DNA of 63,998 nucleotides, filler included, from Reticulomyxa filosa (GCA_000512085.1; 21 parts of 21 records of this genome joined end to end with filler, not necessarily neighbours in it); one strand, 5' to 3'; counted from the whole stretch's first letter, positions 22,707-35,769 are shown. The notes: generated by a model not told the origin, from the sequence alone. Numbers and translations are program-made.

Positions 22707-24936
22707 TGACAAATATACATTCTCCATTTCCAAACCAAGACTTGTCAGCTCAGAGATTACGACAAATGTCGGCAACCCAATTGCGACAAGAGTTGTTGAA
22801 AAGAAGTCTGAGTGACGAAGGGTCGAAAGAAGCGCTAATAGTACGGCTAGAGGAAAGCTTGTCCGAAGCAGCGGTACAATGCTATTCGATGGCAAAAAGT
22901 GTGACAGGATGTTTGATATGGAATATCGAATGGAGCGCAATTGAATGTAAAATGGCATCAGGTTCAGTATTTGACTATTTTTTTTTTTATCCTTAGAGCA
23001 ATCCGAGGAGGAAGAAAAAGGGAGGGAAAAAGGGGGGAGTTGAAAAAAAAAAAGAACAACAATAAAAAAGGTCCAGGAAACAGTATTCGATCGTTAACAG
23101 TAGATGTCGGAGGTTACGAATGGTATGCAGAATTATTTCCAAAAGGAGAAAATAACGGTAGCAATAGCGATCCGGTTAGCTCTGAAAACAATGGTGGGCA
23201 AGCTCTGTGAGCAACTAACGCAAACAATGATGACAATTTTTTTTTAAAGGAAAAAAAAAGGTTGAAGATAAAAAAAGACACATACACACATACACAAAAA
23301 AAAAAAAAAGGAAACGAATCGTGGCCCAGTTTATTTGTGTCAATAGTCGACACGGACTGTGAGATTCAAATGCGATTTAGTGTTCAAACTCGATCAAAGG
23401 GTAAATGGGCTGATCCTGTCATTTCATCTTTGCGTACATTCCGACATAAAAATCATGGCTGGGGCTGGTAATTTTTATTTACATATATGTATATATATAT
23501 TTTTTTTTTTTTTTTGGTGCATTATGTTTGATTAGAGACGGACATGGGAAAAAGAGGAAGACACACGATTAGAATAAATCTAATGTATGTACACATGTGT
23601 ACGTAAACATAATATTGTGCGACGTGCATAAACAAAAGGAAGGAATGGATGGAACTGGACAGCCTGAAAGCATTATACAGTGAAGACGAAGAGAGTGTAC
23701 TGAAATTGAGATTGACAATAGAAGTGTTTGGACCTGTCGAAACTGTGGACAGCTGGGCACTTAGCGATAATATCCCATCTGAACTATCCCCAACTTTGAA
23801 AAAACTTTTTTTGAGTGGCGAAAATAGTGACGTTACCATTGCCACCTCTGGCTTCACCATCTATGAAGGACCTAATTCTGAATCAAAAGGAAGTCTTGAA
23901 TATTGTGAAACGCAGTCCATTTTAGGATTGGATTGTGAAGAACCTGAGTTTCTTTTTTTTTTTTTTAAAAAATAAAAAATTAAAAATAACAATATAATAA
24001 CAAATAATAATATTTCTACTTTCATTTGTTTGTTTGTTTGGGATGGCTGCAAATCACAGTGTATTTCATCGACAGAAAAAACCTCGCTTAGATGAAGAAA
24101 CGATAGACGAGATGACGACTAGTGCGAACAAAAAAATAACAGCCGACATGACGACGATGGATGAAAAAACGAACAAGAACAAAACTGGCAACGACACACA
24201 AGAAAAAATGTCCAATGACTCGATGACTGTTGGTAATTCAAATTTTTTTTTTTTTTTTTTTTGCTAGATTGAGTTTGCAAAATAAAAATAAATAATAAAA
24301 AAAAAATAACGATTTAGTTATGTGTGTACGGATGTTGAATGCACAGCTGTAAACAAAAAAAATCCGAGACACGTAAGGCTAGAAATTCCTGCCCACAAAA
24401 GCATATTATGCGCATTTTCTCCGTTTTTTAAAAACTGCTTTCAACATCACATGAAAGAAACTTTGGATGGGTTCATTGAAGTCGAAGATGCTGATCCATA
24501 TGTCATGTATTCCTTAATTCAATATATGTACACTGAAACTATTGAACCTCGGGATATTGACAGAATACAGTTATTAGTATTGGCTGACAAATATCAAATC
24601 AAGCGACTCATTTTGCTTTGTTTAAATGATCTAAAAAATGACATTAACATCGACAACTGCATTGATTTGTTAATCCTTTCTCATCGTCTCTCTCATATAC
24701 CATTAGCAGTGAGCGTCAAAAACTATTGCGTCGAATTTATTACCAAAAATTTGAATGAAGTCACAAAAACAAACGCATTTCATAAACTCAAAAAAAACGA
24801 ATTCGTGAATATCATGCTTGAATATATCCAAACAAAAAATTTATCTGCCACTTCTCTTGGCTGTGACACTGACAACAAAAGTGCTTTCAAGAAAAAACCG
24901 AAAAAAAGAGTTTTTAAACAAATGCAACAGTTTTGA
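22707..24936 (+). CDS. SAP + MATH + BTB/POZ (+BACK-like) protein, SPOP-like Cullin-3 adaptor, multi-exon
   Basis: SAP: MSATQLRQELLKRSLSDEGSKEALIVRLEE. MATH: LIWNIE..VGGYEWYAELFPKG..SLFV..HGWGW..LRLTIEV. BTB: SDVTI...IPAHKSILCAFSPFFKNCF..MKE..IEVED..LIQYMYT, then LLVLADKYQI. Basic C-terminus KKKPKKR. Confidence 0.88.
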
Positions 24937-26349
24937 GTAAACAATATACCTTTTTTGCTGCTGTTGTGTTGTTGATAAACTTTTTTGTGCAAAATGTTAG
25001 AATTTTTTTGCTCCATTTCACTTTACCCAAATCAATTGAAACAAAATTTACAACAACTTTTTACTGCTTGTTTTCTTGCTTACGAACAAGCACAAAGCAC
25101 AGCGTAAAAGTTTAAAATTTCTCACTTTTGCACACAACCTTTTTAGAAATCTGATTAATCTTATCAGTGATTATATTTTTTCTCTTTAATGGTCATGCAT
25201 TCTTCTTTTCACTGAAACAATTTTCATATTTCGAGGAAGCGAAATGTAATTTTTGACGTCCCTTCTTCAAAAAAAAAAAGGTGTGTTGAGCAAAGTACAA
25301 GTTAAGACTATATGAGGCTACATTCTCCGTAGGCGTTTTGTGTGTTAGCCACCCACCGCAATGTTTAGGCCGCAGTGTTTACATACGGTCAATACTAGTC
25401 TTTGGTGATGATATAGAATTGACAACGAACAAGCACTTGAAAGTTTTGCTTTAGACAAATTCGACGCTGGCACAAAAGAAAATTTGTATTTGAAATCAGT
25501 TTGTGACTATACAACGACGAAGAATCATTAAAGCAACAATTGCGATGTTGCAAGGACATAAAAATATTATCACGTAATTTGCAGACTCAATAGTCAAAAA
25601 TTTGGCCAAAGATACAATGCGATAATTGGAACATTAATATCAAGTCAGATTCTAACAATAACGATATAAAGATAACATGGTTGAAGTCAAGATTTAACAA
25701 TTATAGATATTATCTAGTAAAGTGCATATTACATTGTAATTAAGTTAACAATTGATTAGTTAAACATGTTAATAAATATTTTCAATATAAGTCTATAATT
25801 TTAATATATATAATTTTTTTATTGAAAGTAACATCAGATAAATGATAAATACATTCTTTATCAATTGAGTATGTAATACATGATATTGTGGCAGCTGAAC
25901 GACATCAAATATTTATTAGTTAATTTCGTTGTTATGTTATATTTAGACGAAAACGTCATGTTAATGAACAAACAAATTATTTATTGTAGTTTAGAACAAA
26001 AAGTAATTATGGCTGAATTCTGTTAAGTTGACTAACTAGTATATTTGGTTCAAAAATAAATTTAATATTTACTATTATGTAAATTTACTTTGCATAACGA
26101 TCACAAAAACTTATTTCAATATCATATACTAAATTAAATGTCTATATTGAAATCATAATACAGTAAGTTGCAAAGAAAACTGAACGCATAAAACAATATC
26201 TTNNNNNNNNNNNNNNNNNNNNNNNNNNNNNNNNNNNNNNNNNNNNTTAATTAATTAANNNNNNNNNNNNNNNNNNNNNNNNNNNNNNNNNNNNNNNNNN
26301 NNTATATATGTATATATATGTATATATATGTATATTGTTGTGTGTACCT

Positions 26350-27341
26350 TTATGGAGCTGCGAACACAATACACAAAAGATAGCAAAATAACAAATAACA
26401 CATCATAGTTGAAAGATCGACATATCCCAATCCACGAGAAAATCTTTGCTGTGGTCGTGGCCATGGCCAAGTTACATCCCGATCAATTCAATGCCATGCC
26501 GTGTTTTACATCAAAAAAATGATGACTCATTTGACGAATATCAGCAGCAAATCTGTCATTGCATGTCAAAAGGCAATTGAAGAGATTTTGAGAGGGACTA
26601 TTGATCCAAGTTGAGTATTTGTGTTTATGTGAAATTTGGAATGTTAACGATTTAAAATACATATATGTATATATTTATAAATATATATACATATACATAT
26701 ATGTATATATACATATATATATATATGCATATGAAATAAATGAATTATAAAAAAATAGAAAAATTTGTAACGGGTTTTGCCGAGACCGCACAGTACAAAT
26801 CATCGACAATTCGAAAGCAATCGTTTGTATATTTGAAAATAGTATTGGAGCGATATGCAGAGAGCAGAAGATCATCCATCCGCATGAAGAATAATAACAA
26901 CAACGATAATGACAATGATAATGATGGGATCAATGATCACAAAAGCAATATCAATGGCAATTATAATAAAGGCAATATGACTATAACAACAAATAGCAAT
27001 AATAATAATAATAATAATAATACATCGCAAAGTGAAGCAATGTTGGAAGATAAGAAAAGTGACAAAAACATAAAATCAATGCACAACGATGCCGAGGACG
27101 GAGAGGAAGAAAAGAGCAATCTCAATTTTGCAAACGGCACAAACAAAGAGATGTTGGACTTGATGATCGACACGATCAAAAGTGGGCTGAAAGACAATGA
27201 GAAAATGGTCCGAACAGAGGCCATGGAGTGTGTGCATCTATTCACCAAATTTGACAAACATCTGTCCGATATGCTAATTGCTAGCATTCCTCCACAATTT
27301 CGAAAATCGTATTTGCAAAAGTATGGAACCACCACCACCAC
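26350..27341 (+). CDS. CLASP/TOG-like HEAT-repeat protein fragment (both ends in gaps)
   Basis: KSSTIRKQSFVYLKIVLE...IKSGLKDNEKMVRTEAMECVHLF...DMLIASIPPQFRK resembles the C-terminal HEATs of CLASP_N. An Asn-rich insertion interrupts it. Confidence 0.55.
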
Positions 27342-27441
27342 NNNNNNNNNNNNNNNNNNNNNNNNNNNNNNNNNNNNNNNNNNNNTTAATTAATTAANNN
27401 NNNNNNNNNNNNNNNNNNNNNNNNNNNNNNNNNNNNNNNNN

Positions 27442-28134
27442 GGGAGGAGGGGGGGGGGTAATGTTGAAAAATGAAAAAAAAGGGGTTGGAAATAAAATAA
27501 TAATAAAAAGGAAAAAGTGATTGGCAGAAACTGAAGGAACCATAGCTTCTTGAACGGATTGATAAGAGCGTTTAAACTCGCGTAAGAGAAAATAAAGCAC
27601 CCACAATAAAGTAGCAAACAAAAGTAGTTGAATGGCAACCCAACAAAACAAATAAAAAAAATAAAAGATTCGCCAAAATCTCATATTTGTAAATGTCATT
27701 ATTGTTTCAATTACACAAACAACTTCACTATTGCAAAAGGACGTAATTGATACAAAGTAATAATAATATGAAAGCGGCTTATTCATTACTCCACAGTAGC
27801 ATGCAAACATACGTATACTTAGCACGTACAATAACCATCCCGACAATGCGTCGAAGAGACTACTAAGTATTATCACTGGCAATACTATCATCTTTCTTGC
27901 GTTTACATATTGAAAGGGAACTAACACTCCCAGAAATGCCCATAACATTAATACCAGTCGAAAAATTTGGAAAAATTTATGTTTCTTCTGATTTTCTATT
28001 GGCTGTTGGCTTGTGTCTGTACGACTTTTGTACCAATAATATCCGTACAACAACATAAAAAAAATACCCATCGCCACTACCACTGTCCAAGCGACCAACA
28101 GCTTTGGATCATTTTTTTTCACATCGTTCCACAT
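27442..28134 (-). CDS. Multi-pass membrane protein (5 visible TM segments, possibly 7TM), 3' truncated
   Basis: Five hydrophobic stretches of ~20 aa with short loops. The ORF runs into an intron-like region and the gap. Confidence 0.6.
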
Positions 28135-31100
28135 TCAGTACTAGCCTTTGTTTTTCAAACAACTATTTTTAGTTTTATTTTTTTGACTATTTCCTAAGTT
28201 GCCGATGAGGTTTCTTGTTGCCCCCCCAGAACCACTAAGTTTTGATGAACCTAAATTTTGTGCTATCTTGTGTTTTTGTATATGTATGTTACTTTTCTGA
28301 GACCTAAAATTTTGTAAAAGTTTATATATCACATGCAATACGTCGTGTGACACACTAACACGTTATGTTTTTATATTCAACAAAAGGGTTTCCAAAAAGG
28401 GGTTAGTTGCGTTTTTTAAATTTTTTTTCTGTCATGTTTGTTCTTTTTCAACTCTTACAAGAAGAAGTTTGACGTTATTTGGGCTGTTTGCAAATGAAGA
28501 AGCGAAAACATTATCTAGCCAAGAATGGCAGTATATATTGACATTATGATAATCTACAAACAGTAACAAACAAAATTATAAAATAAATAAACGAGAATTT
28601 CTTTCAAAGTAGTGCTAATTAAGGCAACATTTTGTATTATTTTTAAAGTTTTGGTCAAATTTGAAAAGATTTACTGATGTTGATTGTTTTCTGCTTTATG
28701 CAACAAAGTAACAAAAAGTCAGAAGACAAATTGACTTGCTAGAGAAACTGCACTAAACGGCGATGCAGTAGCTTAATTCTATTTTGTCATTAACTGGCAA
28801 ATTTTGTAATGTTTTAATAGAAAAAGTACAAAATAATGTTTAATCATTTCAACAAAAAGTTGAGAAATTCCTTTGTTTGTAGATCTTATCTGCTTAAAAA
28901 GATGTAAGTTTTTCAAAAGATTGACATTAAAGTTTTCAGTGTTATATTACCTCAACTACATTGTAAAAATACAAATGTTGTAATAAAATAGGGAAACAAA
29001 TCTTTTAAAAAGTGTTAATCATGTACTTATTTTTGGACATTGAAATTTTTAAAAATTTTGAACAAGATAATTTGTAAATATTTTGTTCAAAAGCAAAATA
29101 AAAATCAGGAAAAGATATAATTAGTTGAAAAACGTTGAGGAAAAATTATTTGAATAATACGTATACTTCTAATATTCTAATGATGAAGATGTCATGCTTT
29201 AACACCTTAAAGAGATATTTTTTCATTGTCGATTCATTGTGTAATAATCTTTACAAAGTAAATCAAACTTGTAATTAACTGTTGTACTTATGGCAACTAA
29301 CAAAAATGACACGTAAGACTGTAGATACTTTCATAAAATTTGAAAAGAAGCTGTTACAATGACATATGGCAAATGTCGTCCTATTCAAAATTTTTAGTTG
29401 ATTACAACAAAAATATATTTCGTTTTGTGAAATATTACAACTCAAAAATTAATCCATGCGGATGATTGTAATTCTTTTTTTTGAAACAGTTTTAATACAA
29501 ATTCGAGAAATCAACCAATGTACAAAAAATGGACTGTATTTTTCATAAGATTAAGTACAACATTGTTATGTTTTTTGATAACCTCTTTTTTAATGTTACA
29601 AAAAAAAAGCACTCGATAATTAAATCGTTTGATCAACTGAAGTGATAACAAGGTCTCGAATGCATGCTCTCTTGGGCAGTTTGTAAATGTACAAACAAAC
29701 ATCAGCAATATCCTCAGGTAACAATGGACCGTTTGGCAGCGCCTGTGCCCAATCTTTGTATGCGTCATAGAGCTCTTTATTCCCTTTTCCTGCTTCCAGT
29801 ATCTCGGTCTGTTTTTTTTTTNNNNNNNNNNNNNNNNNNNNNNNNNNNNNNNNNNNNNNNNNNNNTTAATTAATTAANNNNNNNNNNNNNNNNNNNNNNN
29901 NNNNNNNNNNNNNNNNNNNNNGTGCCTTTAGGTATGGCAGTTTTTTTTGCAATCTACTGTATTATTGTAATGAGTTTTCATATTTTTTTTGTCTTCTCAT
30001 TACTTTCAAATAGCAGAAACTATTTAAATGATTGTCCAATTTGAATAGACTAATTGCTTCATACAAAATATTCGACACGAAAACATCTTACAAATAAAAA
30101 AATTAACGAAATCATAATTAAATTGTGAAACATCAGATTTTCTCTCTCCTCTTCTTATTCTTTTTGTTCATTTTCATTGTAATAATCATTGATTGATATT
30201 TCCGGATCATCAATATTTCTCAATGTCGTATACGGAGTGTTCAAATGAATAGCGTCGAACTAGTAGCCTTTTGGGAAATGGTAGTAAGAGAATAGTGTGT
30301 GTAATATAGTGTCGTTGGCATTTCCACTTCAAATGGAACTGCTGTTAATGATATCCACTCGTTACTCTTTTGGATTATGCAGGGTAAGGTATAAGTGCTA
30401 TAATGAAAAAAACACCGTTAAACAGTATTGAGCATACAAGGTATGCAAAATACTTGATTTATGGTGACGCACTTTTGCAGTCGTCATGTATAGAAATCAC
30501 TCTTCAATTTTGGCCGCAACGAACGAAGTTTTAATGTCAAATGTAGTCATCAATTGATAGCTTTTTTGGTAGAATTTGCTCGCGTGGAAACAACACTTGT
30601 TAAGAGTGACTCTCAATGAAAACCAGTATTATAATCATAAAGAAGATGTTACTTATTTTTTTTAATACACGCAATTACAAATTTTTCTCTTTTCGTTATT
30701 AAGTCAATTATTTTTTCAAATTTTCAAACTTGATAATGATTTTTTAAAAAGGTTAATAATATTTTGAAATGTATGCCAAAACAGCAAATCCTCACAAACT
30801 TGCTAACCGCTGTTCGGTGACACATGTAGGTCACTGTGGTCAAATACACCATTGTATTATTATTCTGTACTACTCTTGATGTAGTACATAACCCGATTAT
30901 TGCATTGATTAGTATACCCAGTATAACTTTTCATGTAACAAACTTTTTATTTATGAGATATATTCCTTTTTACATAATTTTCGTTGACTGTTGATAGCCT
31001 ATAACATTAAAAAATTATTTTATATATTTAATTCATTATAAATGAAATTTTTTTAAAATTTTTTTAATGTTAAATTTAAAAAATCATATTTAAATTAGCT

Positions 31101-31432
31101 TCTTTTTTGGACCAATGAATATATCAATGAAACGTTGTAATATGGAGCTACACTCAAAACTGTCCTTCCTTCTGAAAGCCTAACAATCTTTTCATATTTA
31201 AAATTTTTTGAAAATTTAAAAAAATTCAAAAATATTTTATAATAATAATGAAATTTCTTATTGCAAAAAAAAAAAAGAATAATAATGCAAAAACTTTGAA
31301 ATTTTCAATGAAAATATGAATGTGAAAAAAATACGAAAAATTTAGTTGAAAATAACTTTAATACACAAATAAGTACAATAGTTAACAAAGTTTAATCCAA
31401 GAGAGGAGACAAAATAAAAAAAGAACTTACAA

Positions 31433-31475
<43 letters not shown>
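31433..31475. repeat. (AAT)n microsatellite
   Basis: About 14 AAT units, seen directly. Confidence 0.9.
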
Positions 31476-31639
31476 GTACTGCTAACAACGTAACAAACTC
31501 ACTTCCATGTTCCAAGTCCTTCGTACATTACTTCCTAAGNNNNNNNNNNNNNNNNNNNNNNNNNNNNNNNNNNNNNNNNNNNNTTAATTAATTAANNNNN
31601 NNNNNNNNNNNNNNNNNNNNNNNNNNNNNNNNNNNNNNN

Positions 31640-32225
31640 CTATTGCTATTGCTATTGCTATTGCTATTGCTATTGCTATTGTTCACATTGATAGCAGCAA
31701 CGGCAGTGGTGTCAGTGGAAATTTTTATAGTGGTCTTATCTTGGACGAACTCGGAATTCAGAAATTGGAAAGTGAATGCGTCGTGCAGCGCTTGGGAACT
31801 AGACTGAGACAGCAAACGCAAATTTTGATAAAATAAAGGGGCCGAAGAGCGAAACTGCGTTTTGTCTCTTTCAGCCTTTGGGATCTTCTGAAAGTGAAGT
31901 CGCTCTCGGATGTGGATTTGCAATGCGTAATACAAAGGCGTAAAGCCAAATTTGTCTGTAAAGTTCAAAAATACTTGACGAGCTTTACGTCTGCAAATTT
32001 CAAACAGCAACTGCAATTCTCTGTGTTTCAACTGAAGCACCAAATGATATACTATCGACTGTCCATTTTCATCCAATAGATTCACATCAATATCTATTAT
32101 CGATTTTTGTTTTTGTCTTTTTTGATGACAAGTGCTGTGACAGGGACAGTGTACCATATGTACGCAACATTTAAGTAATGTGTACATATATGTATATGCA
32201 TATACATTACATATATTTATTTAAT

Positions 32226-32268
<43 letters not shown>

Positions 32269-32845
32269 ATGCATATATACGTATGCAGTACCATTTTCTA
32301 AAAAAGCTGAAAGATCTCCCCGTATTTGTCAAAGCCAGAGTTGAATAACGCAATAAGCAATGGCTTTGGACTGCTCACAAGGTATGCAAATGAGCCAATG
32401 CGAATATCTTTCCCTTCTTGTGCTGCCAAATCAATGCAACGCTGCCAAGGAAACAGCGTCACGCTGTGAATGTCCTTCAATTTCACTCTGTTTTTGCACG
32501 CTTGCATCAATTGCACCACTGCATGTACTGTTACTAACTCGCATGCTCTACCCATCGTTATTTCCACAGCAGGCTCGCCACTCTTGTTGATCTCGAGCAG
32601 CGATATGGAAGCTGCCAATTTTCTGTTTTTATTTCGTTATTGTTGTGTTGTGACACCTTTGTCAAAAAAGCAAAAAAAAAAAAAAACAATAACTCGATTG
32701 ATGCTTCGCTAAAGTCGTATATCATCGTGGCCACAAAGCACTGGCACACATTGCAGACTTGCATGAAATTGAAATCAATCTGGCGAGCAACGCTCAGCTT
32801 ACCTGAAAGCATTTCCAATCGTGCTTCGTCGATTTCATGCCTGTT
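31640..32845 (-). CDS. Ankyrin-like repeat protein fragment, multi-exon, both ends in gaps
   Basis: IDVNLLDENGQSIVYHLV...LNFTDKFGFTPLYYAL resembles ankyrin repeats. Exons are separated by (TA)n introns. Confidence 0.55.
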
Positions 32846-32857
32846 ATTTTGTATTTT

Positions 32858-32893
<36 letters not shown>

Positions 32894-32993
32894 NNNNNNN
32901 NNNNNNNNNNNNNNNNNNNNNNNNNNNNNNNNNNNNNTTAATTAATTAANNNNNNNNNNNNNNNNNNNNNNNNNNNNNNNNNNNNNNNNNNNN

Positions 32994-33132
32994 ATCGAAC
33001 GTTGGCGACAGGATTGCAATGAGTTTAGGCCGCATAGCTCGCTAGGCGACCGGACTCCCAGCGAGTTCCGGCTAGCCCGCCTTGAAGCCCGGGATCGCTA
33101 AGTCAGATCCTCGGTTAGTTGGGAGGAGGTCA
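32994..33132 (+). mobile_element. IS3-family (IS407-group-like) insertion sequence, right end: transposase C-terminus 32994-33101 plus terminal repeat
   Basis: The frame from 32994 reads IERWRQDCNEFRPHSSLGDRTPSEF...*, the IS3 OrfB 'WR..YN..RPHSSL...TP' motif. The element ends ...GGGAGGAGGTCA, giving the 5'-TG...CA-3' terminus. Confidence 0.85.
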
Positions 33133-33152
33133 CTGCTCAGCAAAATGCAGAC

Positions 33153-33186
33153 TTGTTCAGACCTTCCCTAGAGGCTACGGTATAAT
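33153..33186 (+). promoter_or_regulatory. Possible sigma70 promoter upstream of the manC operon
   Basis: Perfect TATAAT at 33181-33186. No convincing -35 at 17 bp spacing. Confidence 0.25.
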
Positions 33187-33596
33187 GCCAAATCTATCCG
33201 CAGAGTGTTGCCAGGCATGTGTCTGTCAATGACGCATCGCAAGTAACCAGCCGCCAAGTCAAGAGGCAGGATGGCACAAACGTTTGCGTGACGAACATCT
33301 TGCAACAAAGTCGGTCTTGGCAGCTCCAGCCTACTGAGAACCGGGTTGTCAGGGGCGTTCGGTCAATCGTTGCATTGAGAATGTTAAAGCGGCAAAGTTT
33401 GGTAAGCATGAAGAATTTAGCCAGCACGAAAACAAATCCGATGATGTTTTGTGATCGTCATTCACTATGGGCTGAAAAGCAGAAATCAGCCAAGGTCTTT
33501 AGTAGTGCAAAGCCTCAACTAGTTATGCATTTGGATTGTTGTTGATGACACTCCGGGTCGAGCATGATATGTCTGATGAAAAAGGATTCGCTAAAT

Positions 33597-35040
33597 ATGA
33601 TTAATGTCACACCCGTCATCTTGTTGGGGGCTCTGGTACCCGCTTGTGGCCATTGTCTAGAACCGGTTTTCCCAAGCAATTCCTGTGTCTGACGGGCGCC
33701 ACCAGCCTGTTTCAACAGGCCGCAATGCGTTTGTCTGCCCTAGGGGCATCTGATGTGCATATTGCTGCCCCGCTTGTGGTTACTGGCGAAGAGCATCGTT
33801 TCCTCGCCGCTGAGCAACTCAGGGAAATTGGCATTGATCTAGGTTCAGCACTTCTGGAGCCCGTAGGGCGTAACACCGCACCGGCATTGACGCTGGCGGC
33901 CTTGGCTGCAAGCGCCAACGGTGAGGATCCCGTGCTTGTTGTGATGCCTGCAGACCAAACTGTGGCTGATACAGACGCATATACCAAGGCAATTCAGGTC
34001 GCTATTACCAAAGCGGACACAGGCAATATTGTCATTCTTGGGGTTGCCCCCGACTCACCAGAAACCGGGTATGGATACATCCAGACTGATAAGACAGTCG
34101 ATGAAAGTGGTGCCCATGTAGTAAAAAGCTTTGTTGAAAAGCCAGATCATGTTACTGCGCAAAGCTATCTGTCGGAAGGCAGCTATTACTGGAACGCCGG
34201 CATGTTTGTGCTTAAAGCGTCGGTTTGGCTGAAAGCACTAGGTCAGTTCAGACCGGATATCCTTGATGCTACATGTGAGGCTTGGCAACAAAAGGCGATA
34301 GACTCACTGTTTATTCGGCCTGATAAGCAAGCGTTTGCCAAGATCCCTTCCGAATCAATTGACTATGCAGTGATGGAGCATTGCCCAACTAGTAACTTTG
34401 CTATCAGTATGGTGCCACTGGATGCAGGATGGAGTGATCTTGGTGCATGGGATGCCGTATGGAAAGTATTACCTAAAGATGAGTCTGGCAATGCTCATAT
34501 TGGCGATGTGCTGATGGCTGATAGTCGGAATACGTTGGTGCACGCCACAAGCCGTTTGGTGAGCTTGGTGGGCGTAGATGACATTGTTGTTGTTGAGACA
34601 CCCGATGCAGTACTGGTTGCTAGCAAATCCTGCTGCCAAGACGTCAAGAACATTGTTCTCGCTCTTGGCAGCCAAAAACGTGAAGAGCACGCGCTTCATC
34701 GGAAAGTTCATCGTCCTTGGGGCTGGTATGACAGTATTGATGAAGGCGGGCGCTTTAAAGTAAAACGTATCCAGGTTAAACCCAAAGCCAGCCTGAGTCT
34801 GCAGAAGCACTACCATCGCGCAGAGCATTGGATAGTTGTAAAGGGAACAGCCGAAATCACTAATGGCGACAGAGTAATTACTCTGACTGAAAACCAATCG
34901 ACTTATATTCCGTTGGTGAGGTGCATCGCCTAAGTAACCCCGGATCGATTCCTTTGGAAATCATTGAGGTACAATCTGGCAGTTATTTGGGTGAAGATGA
35001 CATAGTTCGTTACTCAGATACCTATGGTAGGGTTGGCTAG
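33597..35040 (+). CDS. manC: Mannose-1-phosphate guanylyltransferase / mannose-6-phosphate isomerase (bacterial); two apparent 1-bp deletions (~33625, ~34915)
   Basis: AAAGGA RBS then ATG 33597. Motifs: PVIL(C)[57 protein letters not shown], cupin [19 protein letters not shown]. After the second shift it continues [26 protein letters not shown] to TAG 35038-35040. Confidence 0.96.
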
Positions 35041-35083
35041 TAATTTATTGCATCTCTGAATGCGTTAATCTGGGGTACTGTAT

Positions 35084-35760
35084 ATGAATAAAATTCACCC
35101 AACGGCAATTATTGAAGGTGATGTTGAGTTCGGCATTGGAAATGAAGTCGGTCCGTACAGTGTATTGTATGGACCATTGAAAATTGGCGATAATAATTAT
35201 ATCGGCCCTCATGTGACTATTGGCACACCTGGGCAGGATACTAGAAATCCTCGCTATGATTCTTCGCAATCTCGTATCGAAATTGGCAATAATAACATTA
35301 TCCGAGAGTACACAGCCATTCAGAAGCCTTGCTATCGGGATGTAACAAGTATAGGCAATAACGTTTTTTTGATGCAAAGTGTGCATGTTCCCCATGATGC
35401 GGTGCTGGAAGACGGAGTAGTTGTGACCCCCATGGTTGTGATGGGCGGGATCGTTCACGTATTGGAAGGTGCTAACTTGGCTGTAGGATGCTCTGTGCAC
35501 CAGTATTCCGTTATCGGCCAATACTCCATTGTAGGAATGGGAGCAGCTCTTACAAAAAATTTACGTCCTTTTGCCAAGCTAGTTCCGGGAAAGCCGATCT
35601 CCGTGAATACATACGCAATCAAGAAGTACGGTTTTGAAGAAGTGCAAGATCAAATCGAGCGTTATGTACTCGAAGGGTTTTGCCAACCGATGGAAGATTA
35701 ATCCAAATTGTCAATCACTTTGAGGCAGTGCATGCTGCTTCAGGTCGATACTTGTATTGA
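35084..35760 (+). CDS. LpxA-like left-handed beta-helix (hexapeptide) acyltransferase; annotated stop 35701, likely true stop 35760
   Basis: IHPTAII start, hexapeptide repeats, IGNNNIIREY, HVPHDAV and VHQYSVIG, which parallel LpxA HIAHD and HQF. A probable indel in the G/T run at ~35676 extends the ORF to TGA just before the fdtA RBS. Confidence 0.85.
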
Positions 35761-35769
35761 GAGGTTTTC

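Noticed and set aside
23190-23310. In-frame TGA at 23208-23210 in the MATH gene as selenocysteine or readthrough
   Set aside because: It falls inside a plausible phase-1 GT-AG intron (~23193-23310) that restores the frame.
25300-25560. GC-richer island as a possible snoRNA or other ncRNA
   Set aside because: Only a 5-bp stem and an unpaired box C-like GTGATGA are present. It could equally be a coding remnant.
33300-33370. JUMPstart/ops element upstream of manC
   Set aside because: CAGGGGCGTTCG resembles it only loosely, and the ops core GGCGGTAG is absent.
33194-33715. Short ORFs in the bacterial leader region (33219..33545, 33194..33427, 33515..33715)
   Set aside because: No RBS or recognisable homology; probably spurious.
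33597-35760. manC and the acyltransferase as pseudogenes or programmed frameshifts
   Set aside because: The single-base losses lie in or next to short G/T runs and motifs are intact on both sides. Low-coverage sequencing error is the simpler explanation, though reads are needed to confirm.
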